Notes under the pieces: model-generated
What the model was told of the DNA's origin: nothing
What the model saw: only the letters and a program-made list of their open reading frames with translations
Database searches by the model: none
Made by a program: the position numbers and the translations under genes
Part shown: piece by piece, positions 27,890-36,985 of the stretch
How the letters are laid out: each line of letters starts with the position of its first letter
How positions within the stretch are numbered: position 1 is the first letter of the stretch
IMG/VR virus record: IMGVR_UViG_3300044971_002537
Coordinates: 32,001-96,000 of that record
DNA from: a virus
DNA length: 64,000 bases
Strand: one strand, 5' to 3'

Positions 27890-28252
27890 AACCCCAATGT
27901 TTTCCGCAATTTCGCGTCCTACATACTGGAATCTTCGTCCACTATCTTGTACTTGAAAGTCCCGGTTTGGTCGTCAAAGTGCCCGACTCCAGCCTCTATA
28001 GCTTGGTTCTGATAGACTTCTTCAGTCATCAGGTAGCCCAAAATCAGTCCGATCACGAAAAACAGGCCCATGAGGCCAGTAACAGTTGCTTTTTGATTGT
28101 CGCTCATATTAAAAACCCCAATGTTTTTGAGCAGTGGACACTGCTCGAAATGCCAAAAATGAGACAAGGGGCACGCCACAAAATGTTTGTGTTTACCCCG
28201 GTCTAAAAAGTCATTCATAACTGTGTCAAGATGAAAACTCCAATGTTTTTGA
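27890..28252. repeat. three copies of AAC(C/T)CCAATGTTTT
   Basis: At ~27890, ~28111, ~28234; quasi-palindromic AAAAC-N6-GTTTT. Confidence 0.55.
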
Positions 28253-28309
28253 AGTTTCTCGAAACTTGGTCCGCCCCTACAAACCGTTCGAACACACTGG
28301 GCTTTAGCC

Positions 28310-28513
28310 CTATGGTTGCAGATCCGGCCACGGACATGATATCTCCACTATATTGGACATGGTGTGAGTTATGTTTCGTTCTGGCAATTTCTCAATGACC
28401 CAGTTCCAAGCAGACTCTTCCGTATTGAATGGGCCGAACGTCTTAAACGGCACTAGGGTATCTTCGCCCCAGTCTTCTTCTCTGTAATCAGAGAGAACTA
28501 CAATGTATTCCAT
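28310..28513 (-). CDS. small hypothetical protein
   Basis: Downstream of the duplicated 45-bp leader. Confidence 0.6.
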   Translation of the reverse strand: MEYIVVLSDYREEDWGEDTLVPFKTFGPFNTEESAWNWVIEKLPERNITHTMSNIVEISCPWPDLQP

Positions 28514-28827
28514 GGCTTCGCCTCAATCGCATTCAGTAAAAAGGAAATGGGCCGACTTGCCCGAGGTCATCCGTTAAGATCTTCTTCGAAGAAAGTATCT
28601 TCTTCCTCTCTGTCCGGTCCAACCAATGGATAGATGAGTCTCGTGATCTCCATCTTTTTCATCCATTGTATCTTGTCTGCCGCAGCTTGGGACTTCTTTA
28701 TATCAAGATACGCTGCTCCTTGGCTAATATAAGGACCCTCGATTTGGATTACCTTATCCCCGACACTTGTAACCACACAGTACATGGCTTCGCCTCAATC
28801 GCATTCAGTAAAAAGGAAGTGGGCCGA
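28511..28827 (-). repeat. 45-bp direct repeat (28511-28555 and 28783-28827, one mismatch) forming gene leaders
   Basis: catggcttcgcctcaatcgcattcagtaaaaaggaa(a/g)tgggccga. Confidence 0.9.
28567..28785 (-). CDS. small hypothetical protein
   Basis: Downstream of the duplicated 45-bp leader. Confidence 0.6.
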   Translation of the reverse strand: MYCVVTSVGDKVIQIEGPYISQGAAYLDIKKSQAAADKIQWMKKMEITRLIYPLVGPDREEEDTFFEEDLNG

Positions 28828-29920
28828 TTTTCCCCTTGTCTTCCGTTACTTCACGATGCTCTTCACGACCACGTCTGTGATACTCGAAGTCATCAGCCCC
28901 AAACAGAATCCAATAGACAACCAATTGGTCCAAGCTGCTGGATTGTTTGCATCCATAGCTGAAGGTAACTGAATAATAGCACAGAAGGCACAGATGATAA
29001 TAGTCATTGCAAGTCCTAACCATGGATAGATAAGTGGTCACAAGGGCCGAACGGGAAGGTAGGGCTACGTCAGCCCTTCTTCATCGCTTTAACTCGGGAC
29101 AGCAACGCCTCAGCCAAATTTGCTAGCTTAGCAGCCTCATCGCTGATGATCGCTAAATTGGCCCATACGTCATCGAGTCTATCACTTTCCTCAAGGCAAT
29201 CAAAACTACACTTGATGTTAGTAATCTCAGTAGAGATATCATCAATATCATCTTGGAGGGATTCTTTATCAAACATGATTGTACCAATCAATAAGGAGGT
29301 AGAGGGAGTACTATTAAGCATGACGTTTTTTGATCGGCCTGTTGTTAGCGGTTTGCCCTTAACTGAGGACAAGAGCCGCGTCACCGCACTCCTCCATTAT
29401 ACATCATCTTCCACTGTTGTCAATACAATCCTAGAACATAATTCAGAACACAGGTGGCTTCTTGAAACCCACCCCTCCGATTCTAGAGCACTGGTCGATC
29501 CCTGACTCTTTCTTTTACTGATGCGATTCTTGTTCCTATCTCCATGTCGGGGAGAAGCCCAATCTTCGTTCACTCGGAGCCCTGCCCTAATCGGGTCAGT
29601 CCTCGTTTCTCTGCGATTCAAATATGACTAAACACACTGAGAATCAAGAACATTCGTGCAAGAATTTCAAATTCAGAAAGATTCTGGAAAGTTACTAAAT
29701 GTAGGCACATATCTATTTACTCCGACAAAAAGTAACTGCAGGTCCTGACCACCGTCAACCCGTGGTACAAGGCGAACTGAGAAGCTGGGCGGTGTCAAGG
29801 TGGATGTTGGATTTTCTCGTGGATGGGGAGGGGCTCCTAGTTCCGGGAAAAATTGGAGTAAACGCATTCCGCCCCTTTCGGGCGGAATGAACTGCATAGT
29901 ACAGCTCAGTCACCCCAGAA

Positions 29921-29951
29921 CAAAAAAGGGGGAGAGCAATCGCCCTCCCCT
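29921..29951 (-). terminator. intrinsic terminator
   Basis: GGGGAGGGC-GATT-GCTCTCCCC followed by a T-run. Confidence 0.7.
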
Positions 29952-30274
29952 AGGATTTAGTCTTCTTCCGAGCGTTTACGCTTTGTGTGTTTTGCACGCG
30001 AAATGTACTCCATTTCACGCTCCAATTCACTAATATCATCACGAAGTGAGGCATTTTCAGCCTCAAGAGTGGAAATCCGGGCCTTTAAGGCCTGAATATC
30101 GTCCAAGTTCACGTTAACGACCGTCATTGTAACTCGAAATCCCTTTAAACATCGACAAAATGATCAAAAGTGCCACAAACTTTAATACACGCATAATGCT
30201 CCCCCGGTCACATTGTAGCCGAACAATTGCAAAAAGCAAGAGGGGACGGAAACAATCCGCCCCCTCGGATCGGA

Positions 30275-30643
30275 CTATACCGGAGCAGTCAATGCTTCCA
30301 GCTCGGAATCGGTGAGGACTCCGTCCTCGGATTCGGGGAAGGCTTCGCCTTCGGGAGGAGCCTCATCTTGAGGAGGTGCGATAGTTCTGGCAGCATCACG
30401 CAACGCGATCAAAGCTTCTGCTCGCTTTGAAGTGCGGGGGCCGGTTCGACGCTTGAGAGGAGGGAAGATAAGCTTGAGTTCATCCTCAGTGGTGCCAATC
30501 TCCCGCAGATCTTTTCGGGCCGCTGTGATGTTCTGTTGGAGCGAAGCTAGCTTGATTCCAAGTGTTGCGGCCAACTGTTCGTTGGTCTCACCATTGGCGG
30601 CGGCGAGTGCGTAAGCTGAACGAAGTTCTGTAACTGTGACCAT
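30275..30643 (-). CDS. putative HTH DNA-binding protein with acidic tail
   Basis: T.EQLAATLGIK.ASL. Confidence 0.55.
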   Translation of the reverse strand: MVTVTELRSAYALAAANGETNEQLAATLGIKLASLQQNITAARKDLREIGTTEDELKLIFPPLKRRTGPRTSKRAEALIALRDAARTIAPPQDEAPPEGEAFPESEDGVLTDSELEALTAPV

Positions 30644-30706
30644 GATGAATTATCCTTTTTGTCCGGCTTTGCCGGTCTTTGAAATTCGATCCCAGAACAT
30701 CTGGGA

Positions 30707-31189
30707 TCATAACATGTGAACTGGAACTGACTGAATCATAGCAGGCGATGTAGCCTCTGTCAATATACCACTTGCGAAAACTTTCATTTTGAAGGCTTCG
30801 CCTTCTTCTTGTTTGATCAGACAACACATTGTTGCTGATCTGACTTTTCCATCCTTGCAGACGAATGTCTCATTCTTGTAAGGGTTGTAGGTCACTTCCT
30901 GATTATCCTTGCAGTAATCGCTGAAGAGCGGGGCGTCTCCAGCTTCCATGAGGAATCCCATTACAAAAGCATGAACCTCTTTCCTCTTGTTCGCAATCAC
31001 ACGTTGGCGGACTTTCTCATTAACTGGAAAGGTCACGTTTTTGAGGAAAATACATTGCGTGTGAAACCGTACCACACCCTGCTTGACGGACCAAAGACCC
31101 GTGTGCAAATTTCGGTAGACTCGGCAGGGTTTCTCAGGATCGAGGAGGGTCAGTTGTTTACAGTAGGAGTTTGCAATTGGTTTACTCAT
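30707..31189 (-). CDS. conserved phage early protein
   Basis: VYRNLH..LWSV...RQRV...KRK.VHAFV.G...VTYNPYK. Confidence 0.7.
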   Translation of the reverse strand: MSKPIANSYCKQLTLLDPEKPCRVYRNLHTGLWSVKQGVVRFHTQCIFLKNVTFPVNEKVRQRVIANKRKEVHAFVMGFLMEAGDAPLFSDYCKDNQEVTYNPYKNETFVCKDGKVRSATMCCLIKQEEGEAFKMKVFASGILTEATSPAMIQSVPVHML

Positions 31190-31415
31190 GACGATTAGAC
31201 TCCAAAGCCTTGCTCATGTCGATGATGTGTGTGGGATCTTGATCGTTGATGTCAGCCCAGATGATGATACGAGGAACCCCATCGTACCACTCGATAACGA
31301 TAGGAGAATAATCCCCATCATAGCAGGCAGTCCCCGCGTGTCGAATTGTGATCCCATCAAGGATCACTTTGGCGGAAATTTCTGATTTTGAATTCTCTGG
31401 CCAATTGATTTCCAC
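31182..31415 (-). CDS. hypothetical protein
   Basis: AAGGAG RBS; promoter at 31452-31479. Confidence 0.6.
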   Translation of the reverse strand: MEINWPENSKSEISAKVILDGITIRHAGTACYDGDYSPIVIEWYDGVPRIIIWADINDQDPTHIIDMSKALESNRHE

Positions 31416-31676
31416 TGTTGACTCCTTTGGTTTGTTATTTCTTATACACCCATTGTATCAGACATGTTTCTTATGTCAATAGCAATTAGTAAGAAAGACT
31501 AGCATGAAAGAGACGCGAAGTGTGTTCCGCCATGACAGGCGGAACAAACAGGAAGGCTCAGGCCCGGCGGGCCGAGGGGAGGTATTCCCTCCCCCTTACT
31601 CACCGCCCGTCCTTATACCCTAGGATTCCCTTGAGCATTCCCGCAAGCAGGACCATCATGAGCCAGAAAAGCAGCC

Positions 31677-32363
31677 TCATTCTTGGCTTTCTAGCTTATG
31701 GGAAAGTCGCTTCTTCGCGGTCCCATGTGCGAGAAATCCAACAATACTTTTCCGGTCCCTGACTTGGCACAGTTTGCACTGGTCGCAAGTCATAGATTCC
31801 TGCGTTTGAGCAGGACATACCACAATCGGCAACCCTAGGGGTGTCTTATTCCCCCGCGTAGGTGCATCTTGCGGAAGGATCACGACCACTGGACCGATGT
31901 TCAGTTGGGCATACTGGTCCGCTTCTGCCATACTATCAGCGGACAAATTGACAGTTAGTCCTCCGGATTCGTTGAGAGACTTGATAGCCTCTCGATTCTG
32001 AGAATCCGTAGGATTATAGTGGGTATAGGTCCAACCCCTAGTGTGAGCTGAAGCCCGCCCTAGTGCGGCAGTCTTTTCCGCATCAATTTTGCCGTTTTCA
32101 TCTTGAGGAAAGTCCCCGGCTTGATTGTGCCGCCACAATTGCCCCTTCGGGAATCTTTCGACTCGTTTGCAAAACGAGTCCCAATTGTCCCCGCGACCAC
32201 CTTCCCCGATTTTCCGCCAGTGCATCCCTAGGGGACCGAAGCGGGCGTAACAATCCGTATCATTAAGAGGACACTCGATAGGGCACGATTTTTTCTCAGT
32301 AGTGGAAACAGGGATTTTGCCAACTTTTATATTGTCAGATTGCATATTAAGAGAAACCCACAT
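31677..32363 (-). CDS. Cys-rich conserved phage protein
   Basis: SCP..CPL...CYA, WRHNQAGD, WTYTH, CPAQ...TC..C.LC, GF.AHG. Confidence 0.7.
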   Translation of the reverse strand: MWVSLNMQSDNIKVGKIPVSTTEKKSCPIECPLNDTDCYARFGPLGMHWRKIGEGGRGDNWDSFCKRVERFPKGQLWRHNQAGDFPQDENGKIDAEKTAALGRASAHTRGWTYTHYNPTDSQNREAIKSLNESGGLTVNLSADSMAEADQYAQLNIGPVVVILPQDAPTRGNKTPLGLPIVVCPAQTQESMTCDQCKLCQVRDRKSIVGFLAHGTAKKRLSHKLESQE

Positions 32364-32530
32364 AACTCGCTCCAAATAGGGGTGATTGACTTGACTGGTG
32401 CATTGTAACACACTATCAATAATTGTCAAGCGAAAAACTCACGATTTGAGTCGCTTGGAAGTTACTGAAGTGACACCCGCCACAAGTGGCCGGGTGTAAC
32501 AGGAAGGAAGGCGTCTTTCAGCCCACCAAT

Positions 32531-32560
32531 AAAAAAAGCCCAGCATATAGCCGGGCTTTT
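32531..32560. terminator. bidirectional intrinsic terminator
   Basis: A7-GCCCAGC-ATATA-GCCGGGC-T4. Confidence 0.55.
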
Positions 32561-32653
32561 CAAATCTCATATACTCTCCAGCCTTTCGGCCTTGTAGGCG
32601 TAGTAACATACGTTGACGCCTCGTTATTCGGTGTTGCCACCTACAGTATATGC

Positions 32654-32914
32654 TGAGCATTCACGGTTTCGAACCGCGTTTTCAAGATTGATTTGCTGAC
32701 AGGTAATTACTCTGTTGCCTTCTGCACGTATCGATCCGTGCTTCCGAGTTCTCTCTTGTGTTTTAGCCAGATTAAACTAAATGCCCGTGGTGTTTCGGTG
32801 TGGTTTATGAAATAAGCCACACAGGGTATTTAAGCTTTTCAAGCTTGTGTTAGGTACTTCGCACGTTGGGACGTTTGAAGATTAGCCGATAGGCCCCTAG
32901 GCTATTTAATGCCC
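32654..32914 (-). ncRNA. tmRNA-sized tRNA-capped structured RNA
   Basis: Acceptor GGGCATT/AATGCTC-A; T-arm CGCGG-TTCGAAA-CCGTG; many internal hairpins; no G3:U70, no recognisable tag. Confidence 0.55.
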
Positions 32915-32943
32915 CCTGTGTGTCACCCGACTGACGCCGGGAA

Positions 32944-33147
32944 TTATAGTGGTCGAAGTGGAACCGGATCAATGACCAAATCGTCAATTGATATCTTCAT
33001 CATTTCCAAATTTGACTCGAAACAATCATCATCTTCCAACATGATGGAATATATGTCGTCGAAGACAAATTGCTGAAGTTGTTCGAGTGTCATTGACTCG
33101 ACCACCAAGTTTGCTAGTGATTCTACTTGTTCTGGTGTTGGTTTCAT
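32944..33147 (-). CDS. small acidic hypothetical protein
   Basis: ATG immediately after a TATAAT promoter (near-leaderless). Confidence 0.6.
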   Translation of the reverse strand: MKPTPEQVESLANLVVESMTLEQLQQFVFDDIYSIMLEDDDCFESNLEMMKISIDDLVIDPVPLRPL

Positions 33148-33474
33148 GGGGTTATTATACCATCAGTAAAAGGAAAGTCAATCTAGAAACTCAACCTTTG
33201 TGGCAATTGCCATCAGATCATGCTCGCCATTCCCGAGATTGAATTCTTTCCCGATGTAGTAAGCGAGTATGCGATCATCAGTACCATTGATGTTGGTGAA
33301 CAGATGATCGCCGTTAGAGAAGTAGACTTTGATTGATCTCATGGTGGTCTCAGTTGGGTGTTATGTGCTAGCCGCCACAAGTGGACGGCTAGAACAGAAA
33401 GAAAGGGGCCTTTCAGCCCCTTCGGATCAGACTTCTTCCAGAGAATACTCCGAACAATAGGCTGGCTTCTTAAA

Positions 33475-33572
33475 GATCTCTGGAGGGACTTCGAAACCCT
33501 CATTCCCCTGCTTTTCTTCGTTTTCTCAGGACGAATACTGAGTGCGGGTTGTTAGCCTTACATTACAGAGAT
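33475..33572 (-). ncRNA. tRNA-like RNA with a pseudoknot in place of the anticodon loop
   Basis: ATCTCTG/CAGAGAT acceptor; D-like arm; CTCAG-TATTCGTC-CTGAG-AAA-ACGAA; T-arm GAGGG-TTTCGAAGT-CCCTC. Confidence 0.5.
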
Positions 33573-33686
33573 GACAGACCTAATCAATTGAGGATTGATC
33601 TGATCAGTATTGATGTTTTCTTCAGATTTCAGCGTATTCATATATGGGACTCACTACATATGCCCATTTTGAATACGAGGTTTTTC

Positions 33687-34328
33687 ATGATCACTTGTTT
33701 GACTTGTTTAGTAGAAAAAGATGATGACGATTTCTACCTCAGAAATAAGGCTACCGGCAACAGGTTCCGTAGGTGTAAATCTTGTAATGCAAAAGTCGCT
33801 AGAAAAAGATATGGAGCCGACGAGCTAGCCTATCAAGCTGGTAAGGTAGTCAGGCTTGAGAAAATAGCCAAATTGTCTGATGGGAAGAAGTGTTGTGTCT
33901 CATGCTCGGTCGAGAAAGAACTTTCAGACTTTTACTTTCGTAGTAAGGCTAAAGGAATTTTACAATCGAGATGTAAAGAGTGCCAGAACAATAGCAAGTA
34001 TGAGTACTACTTAGATAACAAAGACAAAATAAAGCAGAGAAAGAAGGATAGAAAGGCTATCGCGACTGAATTTGTCCGGAATATAAAGCTAGCTTCTGGC
34101 TGTTTTTTATGCGAAGAGAATGAGCCGATAGCTTTAGATTTTCATCATTTGGATCCACAAGAAAAGGGCGATAGGATCTCTAATATGACAAAAGAGAGGA
34201 GGACTCTTGAAGACATAGAGGCTGAGATTAAAAAATGTATCCTCTTATGCTCTAATTGTCATAGGAAAGTCCACGCTGGAATAATCAAATTGAAGCATGA
34301 GGGATTCGAACCCTCTTCCAAGGGTTGA
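33687..34328 (+). CDS. HNH homing endonuclease, antisense to the flanking RNA genes
   Basis: Two CxxC..F...CKxC repeats; GCFLC...ALDFHH.DP..K...EIKKC.LLC.NCHR..H. Confidence 0.85.
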   Translation: MITCLTCLVEKDDDDFYLRNKATGNRFRRCKSCNAKVARKRYGADELAYQAGKVVRLEKIAKLSDGKKCCVSCSVEKELSDFYFRSKAKGILQSRCKECQNNSKYEYYLDNKDKIKQRKKDRKAIATEFVRNIKLASGCFLCEENEPIALDFHHLDPQEKGDRISNMTKERRTLEDIEAEIKKCILLCSNCHRKVHAGIIKLKHEGFEPSSKG

Positions 34329-34362
34329 AAACCCTCGTGTCCTTCCAGTAGACGAATGCTCC
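34291..34362 (-). tRNA. tRNA-Glu(UUC)
   Basis: GGAGCAT/ATGCTTC-A; GAGGG-TTTTCAA-CCCTT; GAGGG-TTCGAAT-CCCTC. Confidence 0.9.
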
Positions 34363-34464
34363 GAATCCCGCACTCCTAGTGAGTGAACACTTGTGTGCTT
34401 ATTTACACCACCTGATAAATCAGGGCGGGATTTGAATTATAGCAGCAAATATGCTGCTGTCAAG

Positions 34465-34537
34465 TGGGCAGTCATGGAATCGAACCATGTGTGCGGCCTT
34501 ATAAGGACCGTCCTCAAAACCGTCGAGGACACTGCCC
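34465..34537 (-). tRNA. tRNA-Ile(UAU)
   Basis: GGGCAGT/ACTGCCC-A; CGGTC-CTTATAA-GGCCG; CATGG-TTCGATT-CCATG. Confidence 0.8.
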
Positions 34538-34550
34538 AAGCTCTACGAGC

Positions 34551-34844
34551 TTATTTTGCCACCAATTCCTTGACTTCGTAGACTTCCCCGCCGATCTGGG
34601 CCTGAATGATGCCCTCAAAAGCGAGACTACGATAGTTCTTCACGACCAAATCATACACAGTGATAACCTTAGCAGACTCTGGAGCGGCCTTGCCAGTGCC
34701 TACGAGGTGTTTTTTCACGTTCGTCTGGCAGTTCAAACGACGGACGTGATTATCACCACGGGCCGCACGGTAGAGAATGCTCATGATCTGGCCATTCGTG
34801 GATCTAACTTTCTGGATCATCTGGTCGCGTGTAACGTATTTCAT
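34551..34844 (-). CDS. conserved phage hypothetical (SH3-like)
   Basis: R.LNC...VKKHL.G.G....VYD....YRS. Confidence 0.65.
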   Translation of the reverse strand: MKYVTRDQMIQKVRSTNGQIMSILYRAARGDNHVRRLNCQTNVKKHLVGTGKAAPESAKVITVYDLVVKNYRSLAFEGIIQAQIGGEVYEVKELVAK

Positions 34845-35522
34845 AACTAAAGTCCTTTTGGGGGTTAAAAAACTGGTGAACTTGTTAGCCCATTATACTT
34901 CAACAGTACTGGAATGCAAGGTGGTTGTGATAAATTGTTTGTCTTCTGGATCGTTTTTCATCACATCAAACGCCCCATCAATCAGGGCTTTCGATAGCAT
35001 CACTGCCATTTCTGGTGAGATATACATAGTGTCCTTGCCACCGTCAATAGCAATCATGTTTCTGAACCGTCGAACTGTTAGTTGTTTGCTGTCCACGTTC
35101 GTATTCCTCGTTAAGTTTTAGCATTTTTGGGTAAGCATCGAAATACGTCAATCCCGATTCAATGAATTTGTAGCGTTTGTATCCGGGATGTTCCGGATTT
35201 GGTTCGAACTGATGTTTATCCATAATGGAACAATTACCCCGAGACATCTCGCTGCGTGGATCTCCATCGAAAGATGGTGGCTTTTGTTTTGCTTGATAGA
35301 TTGCATATCGTTTTGTCATAGCTAATTCTACCATACTAGAGACATAAGTCAAGTGGAAAAGTGCCGATTTGGTTAGCGGCTCAGGGTGTCGTCTACTGCG
35401 TCCCGCCACAAGTGGCCGGGACGAGCGGGAAGAAAGGGGAGGGGCAGGGCCTTTCGACCCCACCCCTCAGGGCGGCTAGGGGACACCCCTGAACCCTAGC
35501 CACCATATTCGAGGCTTTAGCC

Positions 35523-36800
35523 TCACATCAGTTGGTTGACAATCGCAGCAACCAGATCATGTCCAAACTTGGCAAACTCTGAAGTGTAGTCATCTGCCCC
35601 ACGAGTGTAGTGGTGAGCAAGTTCATGCACCATAGTTCTGCTCAGGTCTTTGTTCTTTTCCCAGAGCATAACTTCACTTTTACCGGAATTGTGCAATCCG
35701 AGGAACCCCGGATGGTGTCCATCCTTAGTATTGTACATGATCAGCTTTGGCCGAGGCAACCCATCCGAAAGACCAACGGTCTCGATCAATTCACAGATAT
35801 CGTTGTAGTGCTTAAGGACAGCTTCGCTCGGAGGAGAGATAAGGAATCCCCTGATCTCTGCTTCACAAACCCCATCAATCCCATTCAATTCTGGGATTTC
35901 GGCAATGATAGACTTGTGCCAGCGTGGATCAATCGCAGTTGCATTCGCGATGGTGAAGTTGGTAGGACATAATCCCACCTTACCAATAAGCTCTCGCCAA
36001 ACCTCAAGGAATTCTTCGCTGAATCCAGAATAGGTCTTCTCAGTTTCAACGAGTTGCATTTGGATAAGAACTGCGTCTCTGATCTTCGCGAGTCGCTCTT
36101 TCGCTTTCTCGTAATAGGTCGTATGGTACTGGATACTGTTGACCAGAGAATCCGAACTGCCAGTACGACACTCGTTGATCGTAAAGTCCATGTTGTAGTC
36201 AAACAGGGAATCATCCGTCAATTCCCGAATGAAAACTCCCTTTCGATAGATTCGACACCTTGAGACTGTGGCCTTATCAATGACCTTTTCGCCTTTCTTG
36301 TCAACGAAGTGCAGGAAGTACTTTCCAATGTTGTCGAAGTATTCCTTCGCCAGATCGGTGTATGGAACAAAAACCGCAACTTCATCGTCAGACGCCTCAA
36401 TCTTGTTCGTGAGAACCAGAAGTTCGCCCGGAATAGCGCCAGCATCCAGAGCGTTTGAGATCCATTCTCGCAATCCAAGGCAGGCAGTCGGCCAGTCTAG
36501 TGTCCCATACTCCAACGCGACGTTGAGCGGGGACTTTTTGCGACTGTGACACATGAGAACCTGCTGGAATGGAATCCCATCGCCCTTCAGGATATCTTTG
36601 GTCTCGAACGTGACTTTCTTCCCATTGATCATGAACACTGGCGATGTGCCATAGGCACGCATCCATGCCAGTGTTCCGAGGAGCGTTCCGCTCCCAAACT
36701 GGCCGATCTTGTCGTCCTTGCCACGAGAAGTGCTAACACCCAGCGTGAACATATCTTCCGGTGTGGTCACGGACTTGCTAACAATCTTAACGTACTTCAT
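35523..36800 (-). CDS. permuted GHKL-type ATPase fused to an HExxH metallopeptidase-like domain
   Basis: N-terminal LGVST.R...IGQFGSG precedes LREWISNALDA; C-terminal HELAHH. Confidence 0.6.
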   Translation of the reverse strand: MKYVKIVSKSVTTPEDMFTLGVSTSRGKDDKIGQFGSGTLLGTLAWMRAYGTSPVFMINGKKVTFETKDILKGDGIPFQQVLMCHSRKKSPLNVALEYGTLDWPTACLGLREWISNALDAGAIPGELLVLTNKIEASDDEVAVFVPYTDLAKEYFDNIGKYFLHFVDKKGEKVIDKATVSRCRIYRKGVFIRELTDDSLFDYNMDFTINECRTGSSDSLVNSIQYHTTYYEKAKERLAKIRDAVLIQMQLVETEKTYSGFSEEFLEVWRELIGKVGLCPTNFTIANATAIDPRWHKSIIAEIPELNGIDGVCEAEIRGFLISPPSEAVLKHYNDICELIETVGLSDGLPRPKLIMYNTKDGHHPGFLGLHNSGKSEVMLWEKNKDLSRTMVHELAHHYTRGADDYTSEFAKFGHDLVAAIVNQLM

Positions 36801-36985
36801 GACTGTCTCTCAACTAGGGGTTTTAAACTGACACACGAATTATACCACACATTAATGTGATGTCAAGCACATTTCTTCAGTTGGCTCAGGTGTTTGGCTT
36901 GATTGCCCACCGCCACGCCTGCCGGTGGGAACAGGAAGGAGGGGGCCTTTCGGCCCCACTCCTTCGGGTCTCTCACCACTCACCC

